Shown here: positions 8,294-17,473 of the stretch, piece after piece
How the letters are laid out: every line of letters begins with the position of its first letter
Position numbering within the stretch: position 1 is the first letter of the stretch
Assembly (NCBI GenBank): GCA_963805975.1
Contig: CAWDVR010000006.1
Span: 96,001-160,000, forward strand
DNA from: an uncultured Acidobacteriota bacterium
GTDB taxonomy: Bacteria; Acidobacteriota; Thermoanaerobaculia; Multivoradales; SZUA-115
DNA length: 64,000 bases
Reading direction: 5' to 3'
Translations under genes and position numbers: made by a program
Notes under the pieces: generated by a model
Seen by the model: only the letters and a program-made list of their open reading frames with translations
What the model was told of the DNA's origin: nothing
The model's database searches: none

Positions 8294-9433
8294 CTACCCG
8301 GGCCGGGTGTCCGAGCCGACGGGCTGGGCAGCACCGAACAGAAAGCCCTGGGCGAGCTCGAAGCCCAGCTCCTTCGCGGCTTCGGCCTCGGCCGGCCGCT
8401 CGAGGCCCTCGGCCAGGGTCGTGATGCCAGCCTCGCGGCAGATGCGGACCAGCGACGCGAGCAGGTCGCGGTGGTTCTTCCCGGCGGTGTCGAGGCCGCG
8501 CACCATGGAGATGTCGAACTTGAGGTAATCGGGCGGCGCCTCGGAGAGGTGGACGAGCCGCGCCTGCCCGGCCCCGAAGTCGTCGTACGCCAGACCGATG
8601 CCGAGCTCCGACAGGCCGAGACGGAGCATCCGGATGGTGTTGATGTCCGAGACCGCGGACTCGTGGATCTCGAGCACAGCCGAGAAGTGGTCGCGCTCGG
8701 ACTGCAAGGGAGACAGCGAGGCCAGCAGACCGCGGACGTCGGCGAGCTCGGCCGGGTGGGTGTTGAAGAAGATCAGGGGCTTGCCTTCGAAGTCGCGCGC
8801 CGCCTCGATGGCCTGCTCGCGCATCAGGTGCGAGAGCTGCCGGTCGAGCTTGAAGGCGTTGGCGATCTCGAAGAGCGCGCCGGGATCCTGGGGCAGGCCC
8901 GGCAGGCAGCCTCTCCCCAGGGCCTCGAAGCCCACGCGCTCGCCGTCCGCCAGGCGGAGGATGGGCTGGAACATGGCGGTGACGGCGCGCAGCGCGAGGA
9001 GCTGCTGCAGCTCCTTCCGGCCGCCGAGCAGGCGGCGCTGCAGCTCGAGGAGCGGCATCTCGAGCGTGGCCTGCCCCGCCGTCAGGACCTGGGTGGAGTC
9101 CAGGTTGAACACCTCGGGGTCGGCCGCGAGCCGGAACTCCTGGTCGGCGAAATGGAGGATGTCCCCGTCGGCCAGGAGGGTCGCGTCCTGAACCCGCTGC
9201 TCGTTGACGAAGGTGCCGTTGGTCGACCCCAGGTCGCGCACCCAGAAGCGGCCGGTGTCGGCGTAGAGCTCGGCGTGGCGCATCGAGACCAGGCTGGAGC
9301 TCAGGGCCAGGTTGGAGGTGCTCTGCCGGCCGACGAGGAAAGGCAGGGGCGCCAACGGGATGCGCTCGAGGCCACGGCCGACGCCGTGGTATCTCTCGAG
9401 GAACCAGGCGGCGGCCTGCCCTGTCTCTCTCAC
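8294..9433 (-). CDS. FHA-EAL protein (phosphothreonine-binding c-di-GMP phosphodiesterase)
   Basis: FHA motifs VGRQS..VSMRHAE..DLGSTNGTFVN; EAL motifs FQPI, GFEALGR, FFNTHP, LEIHES, YDDFGAG, YLKFD, LAEGLE, QGF. Start approximate (GTG 9433). Confidence 0.88.
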   Translation of the reverse strand: MRETGQAAAWFLERYHGVGRGLERIPLAPLPFLVGRQSTSNLALSSSLVSMRHAELYADTGRFWVRDLGSTNGTFVNEQRVQDATLLADGDILHFADQEFRLAADPEVFNLDSTQVLTAGQATLEMPLLELQRRLLGGRKELQQLLALRAVTAMFQPILRLADGERVGFEALGRGCLPGLPQDPGALFEIANAFKLDRQLSHLMREQAIEAARDFEGKPLIFFNTHPAELADVRGLLASLSPLQSERDHFSAVLEIHESAVSDINTIRMLRLGLSELGIGLAYDDFGAGQARLVHLSEAPPDYLKFDISMVRGLDTAGKNHRDLLASLVRICREAGITTLAEGLERPAEAEAAKELGFELAQGFLFGAAQPVGSDTRPG

Positions 9434-9497
9434 CTCGCTCAATCTTGCCTCGTGGGGAAGGATCTTATCCTGCCCATGGCTCGTGTCCGCCGGCCAG

Positions 9498-11648
9498 TTA
9501 CGGCTGCGCCGCGTTTGCAATCTCGTCCGCCAGATGGCCGGCCGGGTACACCTTGCGCAGCATTTGCTGCATGGCGCGTGCGTCCACGGCCAGGGTGCGT
9601 CCACGGCCCTCGGTGTACTGGAAGACGCGCGACAGGCCGTAGAGGTTGCCGTCGAAGACCACGCCCACGAGGTGCATCTTGCGGTCCACGATCGGGCTCC
9701 CCGAGTTGCCGCCCGTGGTGTCGAGCGTGGCGACGAAGTTCACCGGCCCGGCCAGGTCCAGCTTGCCGCGCGCCGCCTCGAGCGCCGGGGTCACCGCCCA
9801 GGGCGAGCGGCCCTGCCGCGCCGCCGAGCGCTCGAACATGCTCTGGAAGGTCGAATACCAGGGCACCTGCTGCCCGGCCTCCTCGTAGCCCGCCGGCTTG
9901 CCGTAGCTGAAGCGCAGGCTGGAGGTGGCGTCCGGGTAGATCTCCTTGCCGCCGAGCTCGCGGCGAGCGAGGCTGATCCGCGTGCCGGCCGCGATCTCGA
10001 CGCTCTCGATCTCCTCGTCGAACCGCCGGCGCAGGTCGCGGGCCCCGGGCTCGATCACCGCCACGAAACGCAGCAGCGGGTCCGTCGAGGCGGCGATGGC
10101 GGCCTTGCCACCCGCCGCGAGCTGGCGGCGCACCTCGACGTCGCCCAGCGTGGCGGCGGCGATCCAGCGCGCGGCCAGGACCTCGGGCTGCTCTCGGCCC
10201 ATGGTGGCGAAGACCAGCGGATGGGTCACACCGAGCTGCGAGCGCAGGCGCCAGAGGTAGGCCGTGAGCTGCACCTGCTCGTACTCGGGGTAGATCGGCG
10301 CGCGGGAGAAGAGGCGCTGCTCGAGCGAGGCGCGCGCCGAGTCGCGGTAGTCCGGCATGCGTTCGCCTTCCGGCTTCTCGCTCTCGCCGGCGAGCCGCAC
10401 CAGGCCGCGGGCGTACTGCAGGTAGGTGCCCACCTGCGGCAGCTCGGTCTCGAGCAGGCGGAAGCGCGACTCGAAGGTGCGGTAGAGCCCGACCGCGTTG
10501 GCGATCTCGGCCCACGGGTCGCCGTACTTGGCCTTGAGGGCCGGATCGGCCTCGATCTTCGCCTTGAGCTCCGCCTCGGCCTTGCGCTTGGCCGCGATCA
10601 GGTCGGCGTCGAGCAGGCCGGCCATGAAGCCGGAGATCGCTTTGATCGAGTTGGTCACCCGGCGCAGGCGGTCATTGGCGATGCGCTGTTGCTCCGGGCC
10701 GCGGGTGGCGAAAGCCTCCAGACGCTCGCGTTGCTGGTCCCGGACCGACTGCTGGGCCGGGAAGAGATAGTCGCGCAGCAGGGTGAGCTGCGCCATGGTG
10801 TTCTCGCGCAGGGTGGTCCCCGGGTGGCCGGAGGAGATCACCACTTCGCCGTCCACTGCACCGGTGGGGCTCCAGGTCAGGTAGTGCATCGTCGCCGCCG
10901 GCTGGCCATTGTCGTAGGCGCGGAAGAGCGCGAAGTCGATGGCGAAGCGCGGATAGTCGAAGTTGTCGGGATCGCCGCCGAACTGCGCTAGCTCGGCCTC
11001 CGGCGCGAAGGCCAGGCGCACGTCGGCGTAGCGGCGGTAGCGGTAGAGGTCGTACTCGCCGCCGCCGAAGAGCGTCTTCACCTCGCAGCGGATGGTCGGC
11101 GGCTCGGCACAGGCCTTCTCGATGGCGGCAATCTCGGCGCGCCGGGCGCGGGCCGCCTCGGCGGCAGAGCCTTCGCTCGCGCCGCCGCCGGCGGGCGCGC
11201 CGGAGCTCGTGGCGGCGGCCTCGGCGGCGCGCACCCGCGCCGTCACCCGCTCGATCGACAGCAGCTGCAGCACCTCGAGGTCCGGGCAGGCGAGCTCGTC
11301 CTCGCGGCGCGCGGCCACGAAGCCGTTCGCCATCAGGTTGCGCTCGGCGGAAGAGAGCTTCGAGATGCAGTCCGCCCCCACGTGGTGATTGGTCAGCACC
11401 AGGCCCTGGGGCGAGACGAAGGAGCCGGAGCCACCCTGGCCGAGGCGCACCGAGGAGAGGCGCAGGTGCTCGAGCTGGGCGGCGGTGGGCGGCTCGCCGT
11501 AGGCGGCCCGGAAGCGCTCCACCGGGAAGTCGTTGGCCAGCCACATGCCCTCGTCGGCCGCGGCCGGACCGAGGGTGGCGAGAGCCAGCACGAGAGCGGT
11601 GAGCAGTCTCGCAAAGGTGAAACGGGGGCCGAACGCGCCAGCGGGCAT
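9498..11648 (-). CDS. Peptidase S46 (dipeptidyl-peptidase 7-like), secreted
   Basis: Signal peptide then ADEGMW; SGSFVSPQGLVLTNHHV, FGGDPDNF, YPDATSSLRFSYG, catalytic DTTGGNSGSP, FDGN. AGGAG RBS before ATG 11648. Confidence 0.92.
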   Translation of the reverse strand: MPAGAFGPRFTFARLLTALVLALATLGPAAADEGMWLANDFPVERFRAAYGEPPTAAQLEHLRLSSVRLGQGGSGSFVSPQGLVLTNHHVGADCISKLSSAERNLMANGFVAARREDELACPDLEVLQLLSIERVTARVRAAEAAATSSGAPAGGGASEGSAAEAARARRAEIAAIEKACAEPPTIRCEVKTLFGGGEYDLYRYRRYADVRLAFAPEAELAQFGGDPDNFDYPRFAIDFALFRAYDNGQPAATMHYLTWSPTGAVDGEVVISSGHPGTTLRENTMAQLTLLRDYLFPAQQSVRDQQRERLEAFATRGPEQQRIANDRLRRVTNSIKAISGFMAGLLDADLIAAKRKAEAELKAKIEADPALKAKYGDPWAEIANAVGLYRTFESRFRLLETELPQVGTYLQYARGLVRLAGESEKPEGERMPDYRDSARASLEQRLFSRAPIYPEYEQVQLTAYLWRLRSQLGVTHPLVFATMGREQPEVLAARWIAAATLGDVEVRRQLAAGGKAAIAASTDPLLRFVAVIEPGARDLRRRFDEEIESVEIAAGTRISLARRELGGKEIYPDATSSLRFSYGKPAGYEEAGQQVPWYSTFQSMFERSAARQGRSPWAVTPALEAARGKLDLAGPVNFVATLDTTGGNSGSPIVDRKMHLVGVVFDGNLYGLSRVFQYTEGRGRTLAVDARAMQQMLRKVYPAGHLADEIANAAQP

Positions 11649-11702
11649 CAGGTCTCTCCTATCGTCCTCGCCATAGAAGGCGACAAGCACGGGTTCATCT
11701 CG

Positions 11703-11745
11703 GTCATTGGGGAGCGTCGGGATCCTGCGCTGCGCTCAGGATGAC
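11703..11745. repeat. REP-like interspersed palindromic element (degenerate)
   Basis: Intergenic GTCATT...GATCCTGCGCTGCGCTCAGGATGAC resembles, from recall, the GTCATCCTGAGCGCAGCGAAGGATC family of bacterial palindromic repeats. Single copy in this window. Confidence 0.45.
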
Positions 11746-11755
11746 GATCCGGGGC

Positions 11756-14671
11756 TCAGGGCACCGCCTCGGGATGGAGCACCCCCAGCACGTAGCGATC
11801 GAGGCGCAGATAGCGGCGCGCGGCGTCGCGGATGGACTCGGGCGAGATGCCCGCCACCATCCGGTCATGGTCGAGGATCTGCCGCGGGTCGAGCCCCAGG
11901 CTCGAGTAGGTCTTGAGCGCGCGCAGCCAGAATTCGTTTTCGCGCACCGCCGTCTCGCGGGCCCGCCGCTGGGTCTCCTGGATCTTCGCCACCACCGCCG
12001 GCGGCACGCCCTTCTTGCGCAGCGTGCGGATCTCGTCGAACACGCCCTCGGTGAGGCTGGGGACGTTGCCCGGCGCGCAGCCGAACTCGATCCCTATGTC
12101 GTAGCGCTCGCGCGGCCGGGCCTCGAGGGTGGGATCGACGGAGACGCCGTAGGTGGCGCCGCGGTCCTCGCGCAGGGCCTCGCGCAGGCGGATCGACAGC
12201 GCCTCGGAGAGCGTCTGCAGCGCGTGCAGGTGCTCGCGGCTCCAGGTCTCCTCGCCGCTGAAGTGGAGCACGACGTCGCTCTTCGGCTCGACGCCCTTCT
12301 TCACTTCGATCTCCACCACGTCCTTGGGCGGCTCGACGCCGATGTCCTTGAAGGTCTCCTTGCGGCCGGTCGAGGGCAGGCCGCCGAGGTAGGCCTCGAC
12401 CAGCGGCCGGATCACCGCCGGGTCGAACGCGCCCACCAGCAGGAAGGTGAAGTCCGAGGCGTCGGCGAAGCGCTCGTTGAACACCCGCATCGCCCGCTCG
12501 ATGTCGATCTCCTCGACCACTTCCTTGGTCAGCGGCTGGCGTCGCCGATGGTTGCCGGACAGGGCCTGCGTCAGCTTGTCGGCGAACACCGCCTCCGGGT
12601 TGTCCAGGCGGTGCTCGACGAAGGCCGCCACCCGGTCGAGGAAGGTCTTCGATGCCTGCGGATCGGAGCGCGGCGCCGTGAAGTGCAGGTAGACGAGCTG
12701 CAGCAGGATCTCCAGGTCCTCGGGCGAGGCGCCGCCGTTGAAGCCCTCTTCGAGCTCGTTGAGGTAGGGGGAGACGGAGACGCGCTTGCCGGCGAGGGCC
12801 TTGCCCAGCTCCACGGCGGAGAAGCGGCCGAGGCCGCTCTCGGCGAGGAGCGCGGTGGCGAACACCGCCGAGTTGAAGTCCACGTCCGAGACCAGCGAGG
12901 TGCCGCCCGGCGAGAAGCCGGAGAACAGCACCTCGTCGTTCTTGAAGTCGGTGGGCTTGAGCCACACCTTGACGCCGTTGGCGAGCTTCCACTCGATCAC
13001 CCCGACCTCGGGCAGTGAGCGCTCGGAGACCACCGCGCCCCCGGCCGGCTTCTCGGCCACCAGCGGCTCGTCTAGGGTCTGGTCCACGTAGGCCGCGAGC
13101 TCCTGCTTCTTCGCCTCGGAGAAGACGGCGAGCAGCGCCTCCTTCGACGGCAGCTCGGTCGCCGGCCCCTGGTCCGGTCCGCTCACCAGGATCACGCGGT
13201 TCTCCTCGGAGATCGACTCGCGCGCCAGGCGGTTGAGCTCGTCGAGAGTGATCTCCGGCAGGTAGTGCCGCACCAGCTCGGCCTCGAGCGCGATGCCGGG
13301 GATCGGCTCGCCGGTGAAGAAGTGGCGGCTGTACTCGGCGGCGAGCGAGCGTGACTCGTTCTTGTCGCGCTCTTTCTCGGCGCCCTCGTAGTTGCGCAGC
13401 AGGTCCTTCTTCACCCGCTCGACCTCGGTGGCGGTGAAGCCGAAGCGGTCCACGCGCTCGGCCTCGGTCAGGAGCGCGGCGAGGCCCCGCTCGACGCCGC
13501 CGGCCTTCACGCCCGCGGCCTGGAAATAGGCGCCGCCGGTCCGCACCAGGTTGTCCGAGGCGGCCACCGCGAAGAGGAACGGCGGGTCGGCCTGCTGCGC
13601 CAGCTCGGCCAGGCGGGAGTTCATCAGCGCGTCGTAGATGGTGTCGACCAGCAGGCGGCGGTAGGCGCCGAAGGAGTCCTGGGGCGCCGCCGGGCGCTTG
13701 TAATAGACGGCGACGCGGGTGTCCGTGACCTCGGGGTCGCGCTCGATCGAGACCAGGGTCTCGGCGTGCGGCGGCACCTCGAAGACCGGCCGGGGCCGCG
13801 GCTCCTTCGGCACCGGGACCTTCTCGAAGCGCTCGCGGATGCGGCGCTCGACCACCGCCGGGTCGAAGTCGCCCACCGCGATGATCGCCGCGAGGTCCGG
13901 CCGGTACCAGTCGCGGTAGAAGCGGCGGAGCGCCTCGTAGGGCGCCTTTTCCAGGATCTCTTTCTTGCCGATCGTCAGCCGCTCGGAGTAGCGCGAGCCC
14001 TTGAGCAGGAGCGGGATCTGGCGGTCGAGGAGGCGCGCCTCGCCGCCGCGGCCCAGGCGCCACTCCTCGACCACCACGCCGCGCTCCTTGTCGATCTCGT
14101 GGCCTTCGAGCGCCATGCCGCCGGTCAGCCAGTCCTCGAAGAGCAGCAGGGCGCGGTCCATGATCTCGGGGCGGTCGGTGGGCACCCGCAGGGTGTAGAC
14201 CGTCTCGTCGAAGCTCGTCCAGGCGTTCAGATCCGGGCCGAAGCGCAGGCCGACCGACTCCAGGTAGTCGACGATCGCCTGGCGCTCGAAGTTGCGGGTG
14301 CCGTTGAAGGCCATGTGCTCCAGGAAGTGGGCCAGGCCCTGCTGGTCGGCGTCCTCCACCAGCGAGCCGGCGTTCACCGCCAGCCAGATCTCGGCGCGCC
14401 GCGCGGGCGTCGGATGGCGGCGCACGATGTAGGTGAGGCCGTTGGCGAGCCGGCCCTCGCGCACCACGGGGTCGACCGGCAGCTTGTCGCCGAGCGCCGC
14501 CCCGTCCACCAGCCGGGCGAGCGCCGCCGGGTCGGGCGGCGCCTGCGGCGCCACGTAGGGCGCAGGTGGGGGCGTGGCGGGAGCGCTGGCAACGCTCGCC
14601 GGCGCGGTGGCGCAGCCGAGCAGGGGGAGCAGGGCGAGGAGAGAGGCGAGCAGTCGGTGGGGGCTCTTCAA
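11756..14671 (-). CDS. M16B zinc metallopeptidase (PqqL-like), lipoprotein
   Basis: Lipobox LLGC; GLAHFLEHMAFNGT (HxxEH), NAWTSFDETVY, KERGVVVEEWR, WYRPD; second M16 half from KLANGVKV to LREDRGATYGV. Confidence 0.92.
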   Translation of the reverse strand: MKSPHRLLASLLALLPLLGCATAPASVASAPATPPPAPYVAPQAPPDPAALARLVDGAALGDKLPVDPVVREGRLANGLTYIVRRHPTPARRAEIWLAVNAGSLVEDADQQGLAHFLEHMAFNGTRNFERQAIVDYLESVGLRFGPDLNAWTSFDETVYTLRVPTDRPEIMDRALLLFEDWLTGGMALEGHEIDKERGVVVEEWRLGRGGEARLLDRQIPLLLKGSRYSERLTIGKKEILEKAPYEALRRFYRDWYRPDLAAIIAVGDFDPAVVERRIRERFEKVPVPKEPRPRPVFEVPPHAETLVSIERDPEVTDTRVAVYYKRPAAPQDSFGAYRRLLVDTIYDALMNSRLAELAQQADPPFLFAVAASDNLVRTGGAYFQAAGVKAGGVERGLAALLTEAERVDRFGFTATEVERVKKDLLRNYEGAEKERDKNESRSLAAEYSRHFFTGEPIPGIALEAELVRHYLPEITLDELNRLARESISEENRVILVSGPDQGPATELPSKEALLAVFSEAKKQELAAYVDQTLDEPLVAEKPAGGAVVSERSLPEVGVIEWKLANGVKVWLKPTDFKNDEVLFSGFSPGGTSLVSDVDFNSAVFATALLAESGLGRFSAVELGKALAGKRVSVSPYLNELEEGFNGGASPEDLEILLQLVYLHFTAPRSDPQASKTFLDRVAAFVEHRLDNPEAVFADKLTQALSGNHRRRQPLTKEVVEEIDIERAMRVFNERFADASDFTFLLVGAFDPAVIRPLVEAYLGGLPSTGRKETFKDIGVEPPKDVVEIEVKKGVEPKSDVVLHFSGEETWSREHLHALQTLSEALSIRLREALREDRGATYGVSVDPTLEARPRERYDIGIEFGCAPGNVPSLTEGVFDEIRTLRKKGVPPAVVAKIQETQRRARETAVRENEFWLRALKTYSSLGLDPRQILDHDRMVAGISPESIRDAARRYLRLDRYVLGVLHPEAVP

Positions 14672-14815
14672 GAGGTCTCCTGGGGCGTCCTTCAGTCCTA
14701 CGAATCGTATAGGAGATTCAACGGCAGGTGCGGAGCGTCGGCTCCCGCTCTCACCCTAATACCTCCGGCCCCCGCGGTCGTCCCTGGTCTCGAACGTTGA
14801 CCCGAGGAGGACGAC

Positions 14816-16034
14816 ATGCGAAGCACTCTACGTTTTTTTCTTGCCTTGTGCCTGGCCTCGACGGCCGCCATCCGGGCGGCGGAGGCGGCCCCGCTCAGGG
14901 CCCAGGTGGCGCGCTGCAACGGCCTGGCGCTCGAGGACTCGGCCACCAAGGCGGTGGGGAACACCGAGGACCTGCGGACGATGGAGGTGCAGTTCGGCTA
15001 CGCGGCTTCGAGCGCCGCCACGAAGCAGGACGAGCTCGACGACACGGACACGGTCGAGATCTGCTCGGTGAGCCTCGGCTCCGGGGTCCGGTGCCCGTGG
15101 GCCGACGCGCAGGACGAAGCCTGGCTGGTCTTCGACAAGGCCCCGATCCGGGGCACGACGGCCGCCTCGTAGGGCAGGAGATCTTTATCCGCGCCGCGCC
15201 CATCGCGGCCGGGCAGCCGGTCCTGGGCGCCGCGGTCTGGGCGAAGATCACGGCACCCGGCGGCTCGACCCACTACTTGCAGCTCGACGACGACGGCCAG
15301 CACCAGGACGGCCGGGCGGACGACGGTCCCTACGGCGCCCTGTTCGTGGAGACCGGCCAGGCCGGCGCGTACTCGATCCGCGTGGTGGCGGCCGGCGTGT
15401 CCCCGGTCTCCGGCGCTCCCTTCCGCCGCGAGCAGATGCAGGCGGTGGCGCTGCGCCACGACCGCGACACCGACCGCGACGGCCTGCCGGACCTGTGGGA
15501 GCTGACCCACGGGTTCGACCCGCGGGCCACGGACGATCCCCGGTGGGCTGCGGCCCGACGGCGAGCGGCCCGTTCGAGATCGTGTTCAGCGGCCGCGGCC
15601 CGGTGAACGGCGTGCTGACGGACCGGGCGGACAACGATCGCCCCGCCTGCTACCGATTGCGTCCGCTGGTGGACGTCGCGGCGGGTGACTGGTCGGAGGG
15701 GGTCTGCGTGACCCCGCGCCCGGACCCGTTCCCGCCGCGGGTGGAGCTCACCCTGCTGCGCGCCTCGGCCTCCGAGGCCACGATCAGGATCGAAGCTTGG
15801 GAGATCCCGGCGCTGGGAGAGGAGGAGGAGCTGCTCGATCCCGAGACCCTAGTGAGCGGGGCGGCCGAGATGCGCATCTCCACCCGCGCCGACTTCGAGC
15901 GTGCGGCGTGGGAGCCGTACGAGCCCAAAGCCACGATCCGCCTCGACGGCAGTGGCCCGCAGACGATCTACGTCGAAGTGAGAGACGTGGCCGGAAACGT
16001 CTCCGACCCGGCCGAGCTGAGGGTGAAGGACTGA
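14816..16034 (+). pseudogene. Frameshifted secreted protein in three frames (signal peptide; choice-of-anchor-X-like segment; DxDxDGLPDxWE Ca-binding repeat; C-terminal Ig-like segment)
   Basis: GAGGAGG RBS and signal peptide at 14816. The coding sense moves near 15150 to LQLDDDGQHQDGRADDGPYGALF...DTDRDGLPDLWELTHGFDP, then near 15550 to ...QTIYVEVRDVAGNVS. Two -1 shifts would restore about 406 aa. Confidence 0.55.
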
Positions 16035-16069
16035 GTGTGAGGGAAGGCTTGGATTTCGAGTGCGTGTGG

Positions 16070-16099
16070 GAAGGCGGCTTGCCTCGGTGGGCCGCCTTC
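16070..16099. terminator. Hairpin between convergent genes, probable bidirectional terminator
   Basis: GAAGGCGGC (16070-16078) pairs with GCCGCCTTC (16091-16099), followed by GTGTTT. Confidence 0.5.
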
Positions 16100-16105
16100 G
16101 TGTTT

Positions 16106-17230
16106 CTACCGCGAAGCGCTCAAGGCCGCATCCACCGTGATCTCGCTGCCGCCACGCCGCAGCTTGATCTTGACTCGGTCGCCGGCCTGGTAGCGCTCGA
16201 GGGCCAGGACGTAGTCGCTCGCCGACTCGACCTGCGTAGCGTCGATGGCGACGATCACGTCGCCCACGGTCACCCGCCGGCGGCTCTCGACGGTGGTGGC
16301 GCGGATGCCGGCGCGGTCGGCGCCACTGCCGGGCTCGACCCGCAGCACCAGGGCGCCGCGCTCGATGCCGAGCTGGCGGGCGACGCGGTCGTTGGCGATC
16401 TCCACCCCCAGGGTGGGGCGTACGATGCGGCCGTGGGCGATGAGCTCGGGCACCACCCAGTTCACCGTGTCGACCGGGATCGCGAAGCCGATCCCGGCGT
16501 AGGCGCCGGACGGCGAGTAGATGGCGGTGTTGACGCCGATCAGCCGGCCGGCGCTGTCGAGCAGCGGGCCGCCGGAGTTGCCGGGGTTGATGGCGGCGTC
16601 GGTCTGGATCACGTCGCGGATCGGCAGCCGGTCCTGCGACTCGATCTCGCGGCCCAGGGCGCTGATCACGCCGGTGGTGAGGGTCTGGTCGAATCCGAAC
16701 GGGTTGCCGATGGCGAACACCTTCTGGCCCACCAGCAGGTCGTTCGAGCGGCCGATGGGGAGGGTCTTCAAAGCGCCCCGCGGGGCCTGGATGCGCAGCA
16801 CGGCGAGGTCCTTCTCCGGCGCCTCGCCCACCAGCTCGGCGTCCCACTCGCTGTGGTCCGCGAGGGTCACCTGCAAGCGGCTGGCGCCGCGGATGACGTG
16901 GAAGTTGGTGACCACGTGCCCGGCGCCGTCCCACACCAGGCCGGAGCCCGTGCCCTGGGGGATCTCGTAGACGTTGAGCGAGAAGAAGTCGCGCCGCACC
17001 GCCACCGAGGTAATGTAGACCGCCGCCGGGGAGGCGGCACGGAAGAGCTCGATGGTGGCCTGTTCGTCGTCGGCTAGGTCGCCGCGCGCGGCCACCGTGC
17101 GCGGCTCGGCGGCGGGTGAGGCGGAGGCGCGCCCGGAGCTCTCGAATCGTTGGCCGGCGAGGAAGGCGACCACCGCAAGGCTGGCGGCGAGGAGCAGAGT
17201 GGAGAAGGATCGGGAACGCACGGTGCTCAT
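16106..17230 (-). CDS. HtrA/DegP-family serine protease (S1C) with one PDZ domain
   Basis: N-terminal TM; GTGSG, VTNFHV, KDLAVL, AIGNPFG, IQTDAAINPGNSGGPL; C-terminal PDZ (GDVIVAID). Confidence 0.92.
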   Translation of the reverse strand: MSTVRSRSFSTLLLAASLAVVAFLAGQRFESSGRASASPAAEPRTVAARGDLADDEQATIELFRAASPAAVYITSVAVRRDFFSLNVYEIPQGTGSGLVWDGAGHVVTNFHVIRGASRLQVTLADHSEWDAELVGEAPEKDLAVLRIQAPRGALKTLPIGRSNDLLVGQKVFAIGNPFGFDQTLTTGVISALGREIESQDRLPIRDVIQTDAAINPGNSGGPLLDSAGRLIGVNTAIYSPSGAYAGIGFAIPVDTVNWVVPELIAHGRIVRPTLGVEIANDRVARQLGIERGALVLRVEPGSGADRAGIRATTVESRRRVTVGDVIVAIDATQVESASDYVLALERYQAGDRVKIKLRRGGSEITVDAALSASR

Positions 17231-17473
17231 GCCGAGAGCATGATAGCAGCCCTTTTTCGCGAACCGAGCAGGTCCGACAATGTGCAAATGCGCCGGCAAC
17301 GTCGAGCAGGTGCTAAGAAAACCTGTGCTAGGCTTTGCACCGTCTTATGTTCATAGACCCAATCCTTTCCGTCGGTTGCTCGTCGTTCGAGCACTGACCG
17401 AGGTCGGGGTTCCGTGCGGCAGCAAATGGTTCCGGGCTCGCTCGCGAGCCCGGCTCTTCAAGGGGTGCCATCG

